Source of the DNA: Micromonosporaceae bacterium
GTDB taxonomy: Bacteria > Actinomycetota > Actinomycetes > Mycobacteriales > Micromonosporaceae
NCBI GenBank assembly: GCA_036506795.1
Contig: DASXRC010000021.1
Coordinates: 17,190 to 81,189 of the forward strand
Reading direction: 5' to 3'
DNA length: 64,000 nucleotides
The notes under the pieces were generated by a model. The model was given only the letters and a program-made list of their open reading frames with translations, was not told where the DNA came from and made no database searches. Position numbers and translations under genes: made by a program. Within the stretch, counting starts at the first letter, position 1; every line of letters starts with the position of its first letter. This document shows positions 19,889 through 28,143 of this stretch, in pieces.

Positions 19889-20623
19889 ATGCTGATGGTC
19901 CGCCGGGACGGCGATATCCACCGGGAGGACGGCGGCTGGTTCCAAGCCCGCTGGCACTTCTCCTTCGACCGTTACCACGACCCCGAGCAGATGGGTGTCG
20001 GAGCACTGCGCGTGTTCAACGACGACCGCATCGTCGCCGGGGCCGAGTGGCCCATGCACCCGCACCGGGACATCGAGTCGCTGACCTACGTGGTGGAGGG
20101 GCACTTCGAACACGCCGACTCGTTGGGCAACGACGGCCGGCTCGAGCCGGGCGCGGCGCAGGTGATGAGCTTCAGCCACGGCGGCGACCTGCACTCGGAA
20201 CGCAACGCGTCCCGGACGGAGCCGCTGCGCTTCATTCAGTTCTGGATCCTGCCAGGCACGATCAGTCGGGAGTCCACGGTTCAGCAGCGTCAGTACTCGG
20301 TCGACGACCGGACCAACCGGTGGCTGCAGATCATGGGCCCACCGGGCGAAGACGGCCTCGACCTTCGCCAGGACGGGCGGGTGTGGGTGGCCCACCTGAT
20401 GGCGGGTGCTCGGCTGTCGCGTCGGTTCGGCGACGGGCGAGGCGGTTACGCGTACGTCATCGACGGCGACACCACCTGGAACGAACGCAAGCTTGGCACC
20501 GGCTACGCCGCCAGGATCGAGGGCCCGGAGGACGTCGTCGTCGAGGCGGTCGCGGACAGCGAGATGATCGTCGTGGATACGCCACTCCGGCACGTGCCGG
20601 TCGGAGTCTGGGCGCGGCGGTAG
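19889..20623 (+). CDS. Pirin family protein
   Basis: Cupin motifs WPMHPHRDIESLTYVVEGHFEHADSLGN and RFIQFWILP. Confidence 0.88.
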   Translation: MLMVRRDGDIHREDGGWFQARWHFSFDRYHDPEQMGVGALRVFNDDRIVAGAEWPMHPHRDIESLTYVVEGHFEHADSLGNDGRLEPGAAQVMSFSHGGDLHSERNASRTEPLRFIQFWILPGTISRESTVQQRQYSVDDRTNRWLQIMGPPGEDGLDLRQDGRVWVAHLMAGARLSRRFGDGRGGYAYVIDGDTTWNERKLGTGYAARIEGPEDVVVEAVADSEMIVVDTPLRHVPVGVWARR

Positions 20624-20645
20624 CCGAACCACCTGAGGGGATCTG

Positions 20646-20993
20646 ATGCAGGACAACGCCGACGTAGACGCGTCCGTGCCGCCCAGCGGCCCGGGCTGCG
20701 CGGAGTGCGAGCAGACCCAAGGCTGGTGGCTGCACCTGCGCCGCTGCGCGACCTGCGGCCACATCGGGTGCTGCGACACATCGCCGGCCCAGCACGCGAC
20801 CGCGCATTGGATCAGCACCGGCCACCCGCTGGTCCGCTCGTACGAACCCAGAGAGGACTGGTACTGGGACTACCGCACCGAGCAGATGTACGCGGGCCCC
20901 GAACTCGCGCCGCCTCAGCATCATCCGCTCGATCAGGGCGTGCCCGGGCCGGCCGACCGGGTGCCCCACGACTGGCGACGTCAGCTCCACTGA
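20646..20993 (+). CDS. UBP-type zinc-finger domain protein
   Basis: Cys/His pattern CAECEQT..WLHLRRCATCGHIGCCDTSPAQHATAH. GAGGGG RBS. Confidence 0.8.
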   Translation: MQDNADVDASVPPSGPGCAECEQTQGWWLHLRRCATCGHIGCCDTSPAQHATAHWISTGHPLVRSYEPREDWYWDYRTEQMYAGPELAPPQHHPLDQGVPGPADRVPHDWRRQLH

Positions 20994-21436
20994 GGCGATA
21001 GTTCGAGGCTGACGGTGACAGCGGTTCCACGCGGGCCAGTGGTGATCACGAGGTCCTCAGCGAGCTGACGGCTGACCCACAGGCCTCGGCCGCCGACGGC
21101 TGCGGGGTCGGGGCGGTTGCGTCCGGTCTCGGGATCGTCGATGCCCGAGCCACCGTCGGTGATCTTGCAGTAGATCCGCGTCGCGTCGGACCACAGGCGC
21201 AGGCGACCCCGGCCGCCGCCGTGCCGGATGGCGTTGGTGATCAGTTCGCTGGCAACGATGAGCAGCCGCTCGGCCGTTCGGGTCGAGGCGCCCATGGATC
21301 CGGCGTGGGCGAGGACGCTCGCGCGCATGGCGTACAGGCCGTCCGCGTCGACGACCAGGTCCAACGGCACATCGGGGGGAGGGGCCAGCGGATGTCGCCC
21401 CGTCCCGGCTGCGCCGAGTGGATCAGGGCTGGTCAT
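20981..21436 (-). CDS. RsbW-like ATP-binding protein (HATPase_c_2; anti-sigma-factor-type Ser kinase)
   Basis: Motifs ASELITNAIRHGGG and DGGSGIDD...GGRGLWVSRQLA. The start is ambiguous: ATG 21436 overlaps the upstream stop by 14 nt, and ATG 21475 is the alternative. Confidence 0.75.
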   Translation of the reverse strand: MTSPDPLGAAGTGRHPLAPPPDVPLDLVVDADGLYAMRASVLAHAGSMGASTRTAERLLIVASELITNAIRHGGGRGRLRLWSDATRIYCKITDGGSGIDDPETGRNRPDPAAVGGRGLWVSRQLAEDLVITTGPRGTAVTVSLELSPQWS

Positions 21437-22295
21437 TGACTCTGTGTACCCGAAGCCGGGGCGCGGCATTCGCACCCACCAGGTCCAGCATGGTGCCCAC
21501 CAGGCGCCGGCAAACGATCGACATTCGTCGCGAGGCGGGCAGCCGGAGCGCGGCCTGCACGATGGTCGCGGCGCATGCGGCGTCGATGTAGTCGAGGCCC
21601 GCGAGGTTCACGTGCATGTGGCGGTCGAGCCGGACCGACTCCGCGAGGGCCTGCTCGAGCACGTCCTGGTGCCGGTAGTCGAGCTCGCCGGCGATCCTGA
21701 TTCCCGGGGGGCTGTACTGCCGGCAGATCCGTAGCAGCGGGTGCTCGTGGTAGACCTGTGCGGCCACGGTCTTCGGATGGGCCTGCGCCGCGAAGGCCAG
21801 TGTCACCGCGTCGAAGCTGTCCCGGTCGTACTGGCAGATCACACACAGCCGGCCGTCGGCGAACAGCCCGGCAATCCCCGTCTCGAAGTCGACCAGCTGG
21901 TCGGCTCCGGCCGTGGGGCGGGCGGCCCAGCTCATGTCCGCGGTCACCCGTAGTCCCGGATAGCCTTCGCCCGACGCGCGATCCAGCTCCCCGGCCAGCG
22001 CCTGCACCATGCCGCCGGCGGTCGGCGGGCCGCCGGCTGACAGCGCCGCGTCGGCCGGAACGATGGTCAACTGACCGCGGCGAAGGGCGGCGCCGGGTCC
22101 GACGGCCCGTGCCGACAGCTCACGGGCCAACTCCGGCGGCGCCACCGATGCGGTCCAGCAGACGACCTTCTCGCGGCGGCGAAGTCCATCCCGCACGAAG
22201 GCGGCGACGAGATCCCACCGCTCATCGACGTCTGTGAAGGTCAGGCAGGCGTGATCGCCAGTGCTCAGCGTGTTGACCCTCGCCGCATCCGCCAT
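21423..22295 (-). CDS. MEDS domain - STAS domain fusion protein (anti-anti-sigma-like)
   Basis: N-terminal GDHACLTFTDVDERWDLVAAFVRDGL is MEDS-like. C-terminal IAGELDYRHQDVLEQAL...VNLAGLDYIDAACAATI is STAS-like. Confidence 0.65.
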   Translation of the reverse strand: MADAARVNTLSTGDHACLTFTDVDERWDLVAAFVRDGLRRREKVVCWTASVAPPELARELSARAVGPGAALRRGQLTIVPADAALSAGGPPTAGGMVQALAGELDRASGEGYPGLRVTADMSWAARPTAGADQLVDFETGIAGLFADGRLCVICQYDRDSFDAVTLAFAAQAHPKTVAAQVYHEHPLLRICRQYSPPGIRIAGELDYRHQDVLEQALAESVRLDRHMHVNLAGLDYIDAACAATIVQAALRLPASRRMSIVCRRLVGTMLDLVGANAAPRLRVHRVNDQP

Positions 22296-22360
22296 GCCCG
22301 CCGCCCGTCATCGTCGCAACGTGGGACAACGGTAGAGCACGGCCGACCCGTGGGACTCTG

Positions 22361-23092
22361 TCAGGCCCAGTGCGGGCGGCATAGCCGCACGCCGTCCAGC
22401 TCGACGGTGGAGGCCAGGGCGGCGGCGTATCCGGATGGCGCGGGCAGGTCGCGTACGTGGACCGGACCACCCGGCCACCAGTCGGGCATGGTGATGGCCG
22501 GCCCGTCGACGGCGATATGGCTCAGCTCGAGGCTCAGCCCCCGCCCCGCCAGCTTGGCCACGGCCTCCTTGCGCGTCCAGCCGCGGTAGAACGCGACGCT
22601 CCGGTCCGCGCCCGCGAGGGCGCGGTATCGGGCGTACTCCCCGGCGGCGAACGTCAGGGCGGCGAGGTCGTCGACCTCGCCGAGGTCGCGCACCTCCTCC
22701 AGGTCGACGCCGACCCGTCCGGCGCCGACGACCGCCATCACGAGCCACCCCCCGGAGTGCGAGACGGAGTAGTCGAGCGAGCCGCCGTCGGTCAGCGTGG
22801 GCCGGCCGTGACCCGGGTCCCCGCAGTGCTCGCAGCCGCGCCGGATCGTCACCGCCCTCGGGTCGCGTTTCAGGTAGTGGGCAGCGACCAGGCGCTGCAC
22901 GGACCTGGACGCGACAAACGTGAGCCGCGGCGCTCCGACCCGGTGCTCCGCCGCGCGGACCCGCTCAGCGGCGTCGAGCAGCCCCGACCACCGGTCGCCG
23001 TGGACGATCGGCACCACCCAGACATGGCACTCACCCGCGGCCGGCGGGGACCCCGGCTCGAGCGGCTCCCGCAGGTCAGAGCTCCACGCCAC
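22361..23092 (-). CDS. Sfp-type 4'-phosphopantetheinyl transferase
   Basis: Motifs RVGVDLEEV and WTRKEAVAK. GTG 23092 was chosen as start (in frame, 243 aa). The longer ORF to 23752 runs antisense through the next gene. Confidence 0.8.
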   Translation of the reverse strand: MAWSSDLREPLEPGSPPAAGECHVWVVPIVHGDRWSGLLDAAERVRAAEHRVGAPRLTFVASRSVQRLVAAHYLKRDPRAVTIRRGCEHCGDPGHGRPTLTDGGSLDYSVSHSGGWLVMAVVGAGRVGVDLEEVRDLGEVDDLAALTFAAGEYARYRALAGADRSVAFYRGWTRKEAVAKLAGRGLSLELSHIAVDGPAITMPDWWPGGPVHVRDLPAPSGYAAALASTVELDGVRLCRPHWA

Positions 23093-23198
23093 CGGCCAAC
23101 GATAGAACCTCGGCGATCCGGCCGGCACGTGTTCACCGACTCGTCGGCGGACGCGGCGGCACCAGGTCACCAGTGTTGACGTGGCATATTTTCGAGCC

Positions 23199-23552
23199 AT
23201 GAACACGGCGGTCGAGCGGTTGCTGCAAAGCCACGAGCCGCGTATCGCGGACGTGGCTCGTCGGACGTGCGAACAGGTCCTCGCCGTGTTTCCCGGTGCG
23301 GTGGTCAGCACGGACGATCGGAACATCGGGGTTCGGCACCGCACCGGGTACCAAGGGCTGATCTTCGTCGTCACGCCACAGCGTGCGCACGTCACGCTGG
23401 GCATCGCCCGCGGCGCGGACCTGCCGGATCCCGCGCGGTTGCTCGAAGGCCGCGGCACGGTGCATAGGCATCTAAAGATCCGCGACGTCGACGACCTGGA
23501 GCGACCGGAGCTGCGGCAGTTGATGAGCGCCGTGGTGGCCCGGTCGACATGA
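23199..23552 (+). CDS. DUF1801-like (YdhG-like) small protein
   Basis: ATG 23199 is in frame with ORF 23181. C-terminal pattern HVTLGIARGADL..LEGRGTVHRHLKIRDVDDL resembles the DUF1801 family. The call is by eye only. Confidence 0.5.
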   Translation: MNTAVERLLQSHEPRIADVARRTCEQVLAVFPGAVVSTDDRNIGVRHRTGYQGLIFVVTPQRAHVTLGIARGADLPDPARLLEGRGTVHRHLKIRDVDDLERPELRQLMSAVVARST

Positions 23553-23576
23553 TCTGCGCCCGGTGTCGAGCCTGGG

Positions 23577-24368
23577 TCAGGCACCACCGGCGAGTCTGCC
23601 TCCGTCGATCGGGATGACGGCTCCGGTGATGTATGAGGCGTGCGGTGAACACAGCCAGGCGGCCGCGGCGCACACCTCCTCGACGGTGCCCAGCCGCTTG
23701 GCCGGGATGGCCTGGGCAAGCTGGTCGCGGACCTGCTGCGGTACGCGGTCAAGGTGGTGCGTGAGGATCGTGCCCGGGGCGATGGCGTTGACCCGGACGC
23801 TCGCGTCGGCGTAGTCGAGCGCGGCGCAGCGGGTCAGCCCGATGACGCCGTGCTTGGCCGCGGCGTACGCGGACAAACCGGCTCGTCCGGTCAGCCCGGC
23901 CGTCGACGACATGTTGACGATCGCGCCACCGCCGGTCGCCCGCATGGCGGGGACTTCGTACTTCATGGACAGGAAGATGCCGCGGAGGTTCACCTGGAGC
24001 ACCTCGTCGAACGCGTCGACGGGCAGGTCGGCCAATGGCGTGGGTGGCTGGCCACCGCCGGCGTTGTTGAATGCCGCGTCCAGCCGCCCATAGGTCTCAA
24101 CGGTGCGATCGACAAGCCGCCGAAGGGCGTCCGGATCGGCGACGTCGGTGGGCATCGCCAACGCCCGCCCGCCATCTGCTTCGATGGCCGCGGAAAGCGC
24201 GTGCAGCGCCGACGCGTCGCGGGCGGCCAGCACCACGGTCGCACCGGCTGCGGCGAAGGCGCGGCCGGCCGCCTCACCGATGCCGCGGCTGGCGCCGGTG
24301 ATGATCGCCACCTGGCCGCTGAGCAGGCCGGGGTGGCTCGGCTCCGACTGACGCACGCCCTCGATCAT
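23577..24368 (-). CDS. SDR family oxidoreductase
   Basis: ATG 24368 with GGGAGG 7 nt upstream. Motifs TGASRGIG, NNAG and YAAAKHGVIGLT. Confidence 0.9.
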   Translation of the reverse strand: MIEGVRQSEPSHPGLLSGQVAIITGASRGIGEAAGRAFAAAGATVVLAARDASALHALSAAIEADGGRALAMPTDVADPDALRRLVDRTVETYGRLDAAFNNAGGGQPPTPLADLPVDAFDEVLQVNLRGIFLSMKYEVPAMRATGGGAIVNMSSTAGLTGRAGLSAYAAAKHGVIGLTRCAALDYADASVRVNAIAPGTILTHHLDRVPQQVRDQLAQAIPAKRLGTVEEVCAAAAWLCSPHASYITGAVIPIDGGRLAGGA

Positions 24369-24393
24369 CTCGCACCTCCCGGCCCGCACCGAG

Positions 24394-24496
24394 CCAACTC
24401 AGTCAGACTTGGGCGCATGGTCGCCCGCCAAGGCCCAACTCAGTCAGACTTGGGCGCTTGGTCGCCCGTCGAGGCCCCAAGTCTGACTAAGTTGGG
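24394..24496. repeat. Three copies of a ~21-34 nt motif (core CCAACTCAGTCAGACTTGG): two direct, one inverted
   Basis: Direct copies at 24394-24427 and 24435-24468 (34 nt, 1 mismatch). Inverted copy at 24476-24496 (1 mismatch). Each contains AGTC-N-GACT. The repeats lie between the SDR start and the DUF3040 stop. Confidence 0.9.
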
Positions 24497-24549
24497 GCCT
24501 GCCTGGAGGACGGCAGCACCTCAAGCTGGCGCCGTGCCGGTCGACGCGG

Positions 24550-24753
24550 CTACGAGAGCGCGACCGTGACGAGCCCGCCCGCGAGGGCCACAATCGCGAC
24601 CACGAGCAGGAGCAGCCGACGCAGGCGGAGCATGCGGTACTCGCGGGGCGGACACGGTCGGCCACTGCGCATGCCTTCGGCGAACTTGCGATCCTGGGCG
24701 CGTAGGGCGGCGTCGAGCGCGTCGAGCCGGTGACGATCATCTTGGCTGAGCAT
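24550..24753 (-). CDS. DUF3040 domain membrane protein
   Basis: N-terminal MLSQDDRHRLDALDAALRAQDRKF followed by a single C-terminal TM helix. GGAGA RBS. Confidence 0.75.
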   Translation of the reverse strand: MLSQDDRHRLDALDAALRAQDRKFAEGMRSGRPCPPREYRMLRLRRLLLLVVAIVALAGGLVTVALS

Positions 24754-24877
24754 TTCGAGTCTCCGGTGGTACAGATCGGGGGCAGTGGTCGAGGGACACG
24801 GGCAGGAGATACCCGCTCGGCGGCCCTTGAATCGGGTACGCCGCGGTCCGCTATCGTCCGTCCGGGGGTGGCCACAC

Positions 24878-25320
24878 GTGGCCGATCTGCGCTTCTGCGC
24901 GCACCAGTATCAGCACCTGCCCCTGCCGGTCCTGCGGCAGCGTTGGCGCGACGCCGAGAGACTCGGCTTTGACGTGGACCCTCATGGCGGTGGACACGGA
25001 CCCGTGCGGGTGAGGACGCTGGTCACCAGCGTCTACTTTGGACACCCCCGTGACCGTCGCGAAGGCTGCGATGACGGTCGACCACCTCAACGCCGGACGG
25101 GTGGAGCTCCTGGGGCGGGTACGCCGTAGAGACCGACGCGCCGTCCTATGCCCTGACCGCCGAGCGCAGCCGGCGCTTCGACCACCTGGGCGCCGATCGG
25201 GGACGCGATTCCGCGGAGATTCGGCACTCGGTGGTCTGCTTCCCGCCGTTGACGCCGTGGGAGTCCGTCGATTACCTCAGCGACATGGTCGGTCGCTTGC
25301 GTGCAGCGCTGTGCGGTCCG
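24878..25320 (+). pseudogene. Decayed luciferase-like (LLM class, F420-dependent-type) oxidoreductase remnant
   Basis: LLM-like pieces are spread over three frames: VADLRF..QRWRDAERLGFDV / RTLVTSVYFGHP; then VTVAKAAMTVDHLNAGRVELL; then RGRDSAEIRHSV..PWESVDYLSDMVGRL. Total length is far below a normal LLM of about 300 aa. Confidence 0.5.
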
Positions 25321-26295
25321 CTAACTCGGTACGACTTCCACCGGCGGGCGGCGCGACGCGGTGGCGCGGTAGACGCCGGGGGTCATGCGGTACTCGCGCT
25401 TGAACGCTTTGGACAGGGCGGCGTCGCTGTCATAGCCGCATAGCCTGGCAATCTCGTGGAGGGTGCGGGTGGTGGTCGCCAAGTGGGCCGCGGCTTGGCT
25501 TAGCCGCGTCCGGGTCAGGTGCCGCACCGGTGGCTCGCCGACGAGCTGACGGAACCGGTCGCTGAACAACGATCGGGACATGCCGATCCGGTAAGCGAGT
25601 TCGGCGACGGTCCAGCCATGGTCGGGCTGGGTATGCATGAGGCGGACCGCCTCGGCGATCTGCGGATCGGCGAGTGACTCGACGGTCGCCGCACGGTGAT
25701 CCGGTCGGTCGGTCAGGAAGGCACGGATTGCCTGGGCGAGGAATACGTCGGCGATCTTGGCGAAGATCGCCTTGGCACCGGGCGCCGACTCGGACTCCTC
25801 GTGCCGCAGCAGGTTGAATATCGTCGTGGCCCATGGCGCCGATCGATCGCTTGTGGCGTCCACGATGAACACTTCGGGCAGCACGCCGGCGACCTGTGGC
25901 GCCGTCTGGCGCAGACCGAAGCCCCCGCACAGCATCTTCGTGACGGCGCCCGGCCCGCCGTAGGACAGTCGCGCGCCGCCGCGGAGCGGGTGCTCGAGCA
26001 GGATCCAGTCCAGCGCCTCCACCGCCGAGGCGGAATCATCCTTGATCGCGTGGGCGGCGCCATGCGGAAGGATCACCAGATCACCGGCTGAGACTCGTAC
26101 GGGCTCGCGCCGGTCGGGGACGAGCCATGCCTGTCCCTCGAGGATCAGGTGGAACTTCGCCACGTTCCGGCCGACCACCCGAAGCCCCCACGGCGCGCCG
26201 AGTTCGGCGAGGCAGTACACGGTGCTGTGCACCTGCATCCGGGACAGCAGATCGGATACCGCGTCGTCGGGATGGAGGTTGAGCTGGCGCATCAC
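25321..26295 (-). CDS. AraC family transcriptional regulator (cupin-type N-domain + HTH)
   Basis: C-terminal WTVAELAYRIGMSRSLFSDRFRQLVGEPPVRHLTRTRL...GYDSDAALSKAFKREYRMTPGVYR. Start is GTG 26295 or ATG 26292. Confidence 0.9.
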   Translation of the reverse strand: MMRQLNLHPDDAVSDLLSRMQVHSTVYCLAELGAPWGLRVVGRNVAKFHLILEGQAWLVPDRREPVRVSAGDLVILPHGAAHAIKDDSASAVEALDWILLEHPLRGGARLSYGGPGAVTKMLCGGFGLRQTAPQVAGVLPEVFIVDATSDRSAPWATTIFNLLRHEESESAPGAKAIFAKIADVFLAQAIRAFLTDRPDHRAATVESLADPQIAEAVRLMHTQPDHGWTVAELAYRIGMSRSLFSDRFRQLVGEPPVRHLTRTRLSQAAAHLATTTRTLHEIARLCGYDSDAALSKAFKREYRMTPGVYRATASRRPPVEVVPS

Positions 26296-26407
26296 CGGCC
26301 CCTTGGACGCTCGGACAAGAACTTCGTCGCCTCAACCATAACCAGCCGCGCGTTCGCCGGTGATCGTGTGACCCGTACCGAAAGCGTCGATAGAAAGGGT
26401 AGAGCCC

Positions 26408-26755
26408 ATGAGCGCCAGTGAGACGGTGAACGCATTCCGCACGGCTTGGGAAGCGAAGGACTTGGGTACCGCCCGCATGTATCTGTCCGACGATCTGGAC
26501 TTCGCCGGGCCGATCGACACCTTCGACAACGCCGACGACTACATTCAAGCGATCACCGGCTTGGCGCACATCGTCGCGAGCACGACCACGCGGCGGGTGC
26601 TTGTCGACGGCCAGGACGTCGCGGTGTTCTACGACATGCACACCGCCACGCCGGCCGGCACCGTTCCGATCGCCGAGTGGTACCACGTCGATTCCGGTCG
26701 CATCTCGATGATCCGCGTGTACTTCGACCCACGCCCGTTCACCCCGCCGTCCTGA
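26408..26755 (+). CDS. NTF2-like (SnoaL-like) family protein
   Basis: 115 aa, divergent from the AraC gene. Pattern VNAFRTAWEAKDLGTARMYLSDDLDF.GP...EWYHVDSGRISMIRVYFD. Confidence 0.7.
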   Translation: MSASETVNAFRTAWEAKDLGTARMYLSDDLDFAGPIDTFDNADDYIQAITGLAHIVASTTTRRVLVDGQDVAVFYDMHTATPAGTVPIAEWYHVDSGRISMIRVYFDPRPFTPPS

Positions 26756-28043
26756 GGCGGCTAGCGACGGCCGTCCGCACGGCCTGTGCTTCCTCGTACA
26801 CCCGCGCAAGATCCGCCGATTGGGCGACCCTGCGCTCGGCGTCCTCCACGACCAGGCGCGCCTGTTCCTCGATCGCGGCCAGCCGGTCTGGGTCCGGGTC
26901 GCCCACCACGGCGCAGTTGGCGAGTAGTCGCAGGAGCGCGGCGGCGACGGTGGGCTCGCCCGCGCCGTACCGCCGGATCAACCCGGCCATGGTGGCGAGG
27001 TAGTCGGCGAAGTGCCGCCCCGGGACGATCACCCGCGCGCCGGTCGAGCCCTGGGTCACATGGGTGCCCAAGCGCTGCACCGCCAGGGCGCAGAACAGCA
27101 CCGACAGGCGGTCGATGGCCTGTACCGCGGTGTACGGGTCGTTGATCGCCGGTGACATGGCCTTGCATGCGATGTCGACAAGCTGCCGGATGCCGAACGC
27201 GGCGTCCTGTTCGAAGGTCCGCTCCCGACCGACGCGGACCGCGTCTTCCAGCACGGGATGCAGAGCGGCCGTGTCGGGCACCGACCGCTCCGGCTGGACC
27301 GGCCACACCCATGCCAGCGTGGTCCCGGCGACGACGTGCTCGCCGACCCGTGGCCGGAGCCGGACCAGAATCTGACGACGGTCGGCGTACGCGAGCAGCC
27401 GCTCGACGTGCACCACCTGCACGTAGCCGGAACGCCGCGCGGGAACGGCGACGGCCCGCTCCGGGACGGGCATTGGCATCGGGCCACCCTCGAGCAGCCC
27501 GCCCCGAATCACCGCCAGCGCGTTCCGCTCGACCACCGACATGATCCCCTCGATCTGGATCGAGTGGGCGAGATGGTCGGCGAAGAACACCAGCAAGCCG
27601 AGGCTGACGAACAGCAGAACGATCGCGCCGGACACCGCGAGCCTGGGGAACTCGGTGGTGCGGTTGCCGCCGGACACGCCCACCGTGTACAGCCCGGCCG
27701 CGCTGTAGACGAAGGTGGCCACGAACACGCTGAGGACGATCTGGTTGGGCCGGTCACGCAGGAAGTTGCGCAGCAGCCGTGGGGAGAACTGCGTCGAGGA
27801 CAACTGCAACGCGACCACGGTCAGGCCGAGCAGCAGCGCGATCACCGTCACCATCGTCCCGCTGATGCCGATCAGCAGGTTGCGCGCATCGTCCGGAGTT
27901 CCCTGGAACGCGAGTGGGGAGGAGGTGCTCAGGTTCACCTGGGACAGCACGGCGCCGGTGGTCAGGGCGGCGACCACCGACACACCGGGAAGCACCCACA
28001 ACGAGCCACGCAGGTACTCCCACATGTCATCGCGACGGATCAT
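26739..28043 (-). CDS. DUF2254-like membrane protein
   Basis: ATG 28043 with GGAGG 7 nt upstream. N-terminal TM helices begin at LRGSLWVLPGVSVVAAL, followed by a large soluble C-domain. The family call is by eye. Confidence 0.6.
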   Translation of the reverse strand: MIRRDDMWEYLRGSLWVLPGVSVVAALTTGAVLSQVNLSTSSPLAFQGTPDDARNLLIGISGTMVTVIALLLGLTVVALQLSSTQFSPRLLRNFLRDRPNQIVLSVFVATFVYSAAGLYTVGVSGGNRTTEFPRLAVSGAIVLLFVSLGLLVFFADHLAHSIQIEGIMSVVERNALAVIRGGLLEGGPMPMPVPERAVAVPARRSGYVQVVHVERLLAYADRRQILVRLRPRVGEHVVAGTTLAWVWPVQPERSVPDTAALHPVLEDAVRVGRERTFEQDAAFGIRQLVDIACKAMSPAINDPYTAVQAIDRLSVLFCALAVQRLGTHVTQGSTGARVIVPGRHFADYLATMAGLIRRYGAGEPTVAAALLRLLANCAVVGDPDPDRLAAIEEQARLVVEDAERRVAQSADLARVYEEAQAVRTAVASRLRTAG

Positions 28044-28143
28044 CGCCCGCCTCCACTCGGCCGGCCCCCCATGCCCCCGCCCGCCGCTGCTCAGCCTTCC
28101 ATATGCGGACGAGCACGGGGTACGACCCCGACGCCGCGGGGCG

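Noticed and set aside
23093-23752. N-terminal 220-aa extension of the PPTase ORF (track 22361..23752)
   Set aside because: It runs antisense through the DUF1801-like gene and into the SDR gene, and it has no PPTase-like sequence. Sfp-type PPTases are about 230-250 aa, which matches the GTG 23092 start.
24473-24499. Self-hairpin GGCCCCAA...TTGGGGCC as a simple intrinsic terminator for the DUF3040 gene
   Set aside because: No U-tract follows on the relevant strand. The sequence is better described as the inverted third copy of the local repeat family reported in the findings.
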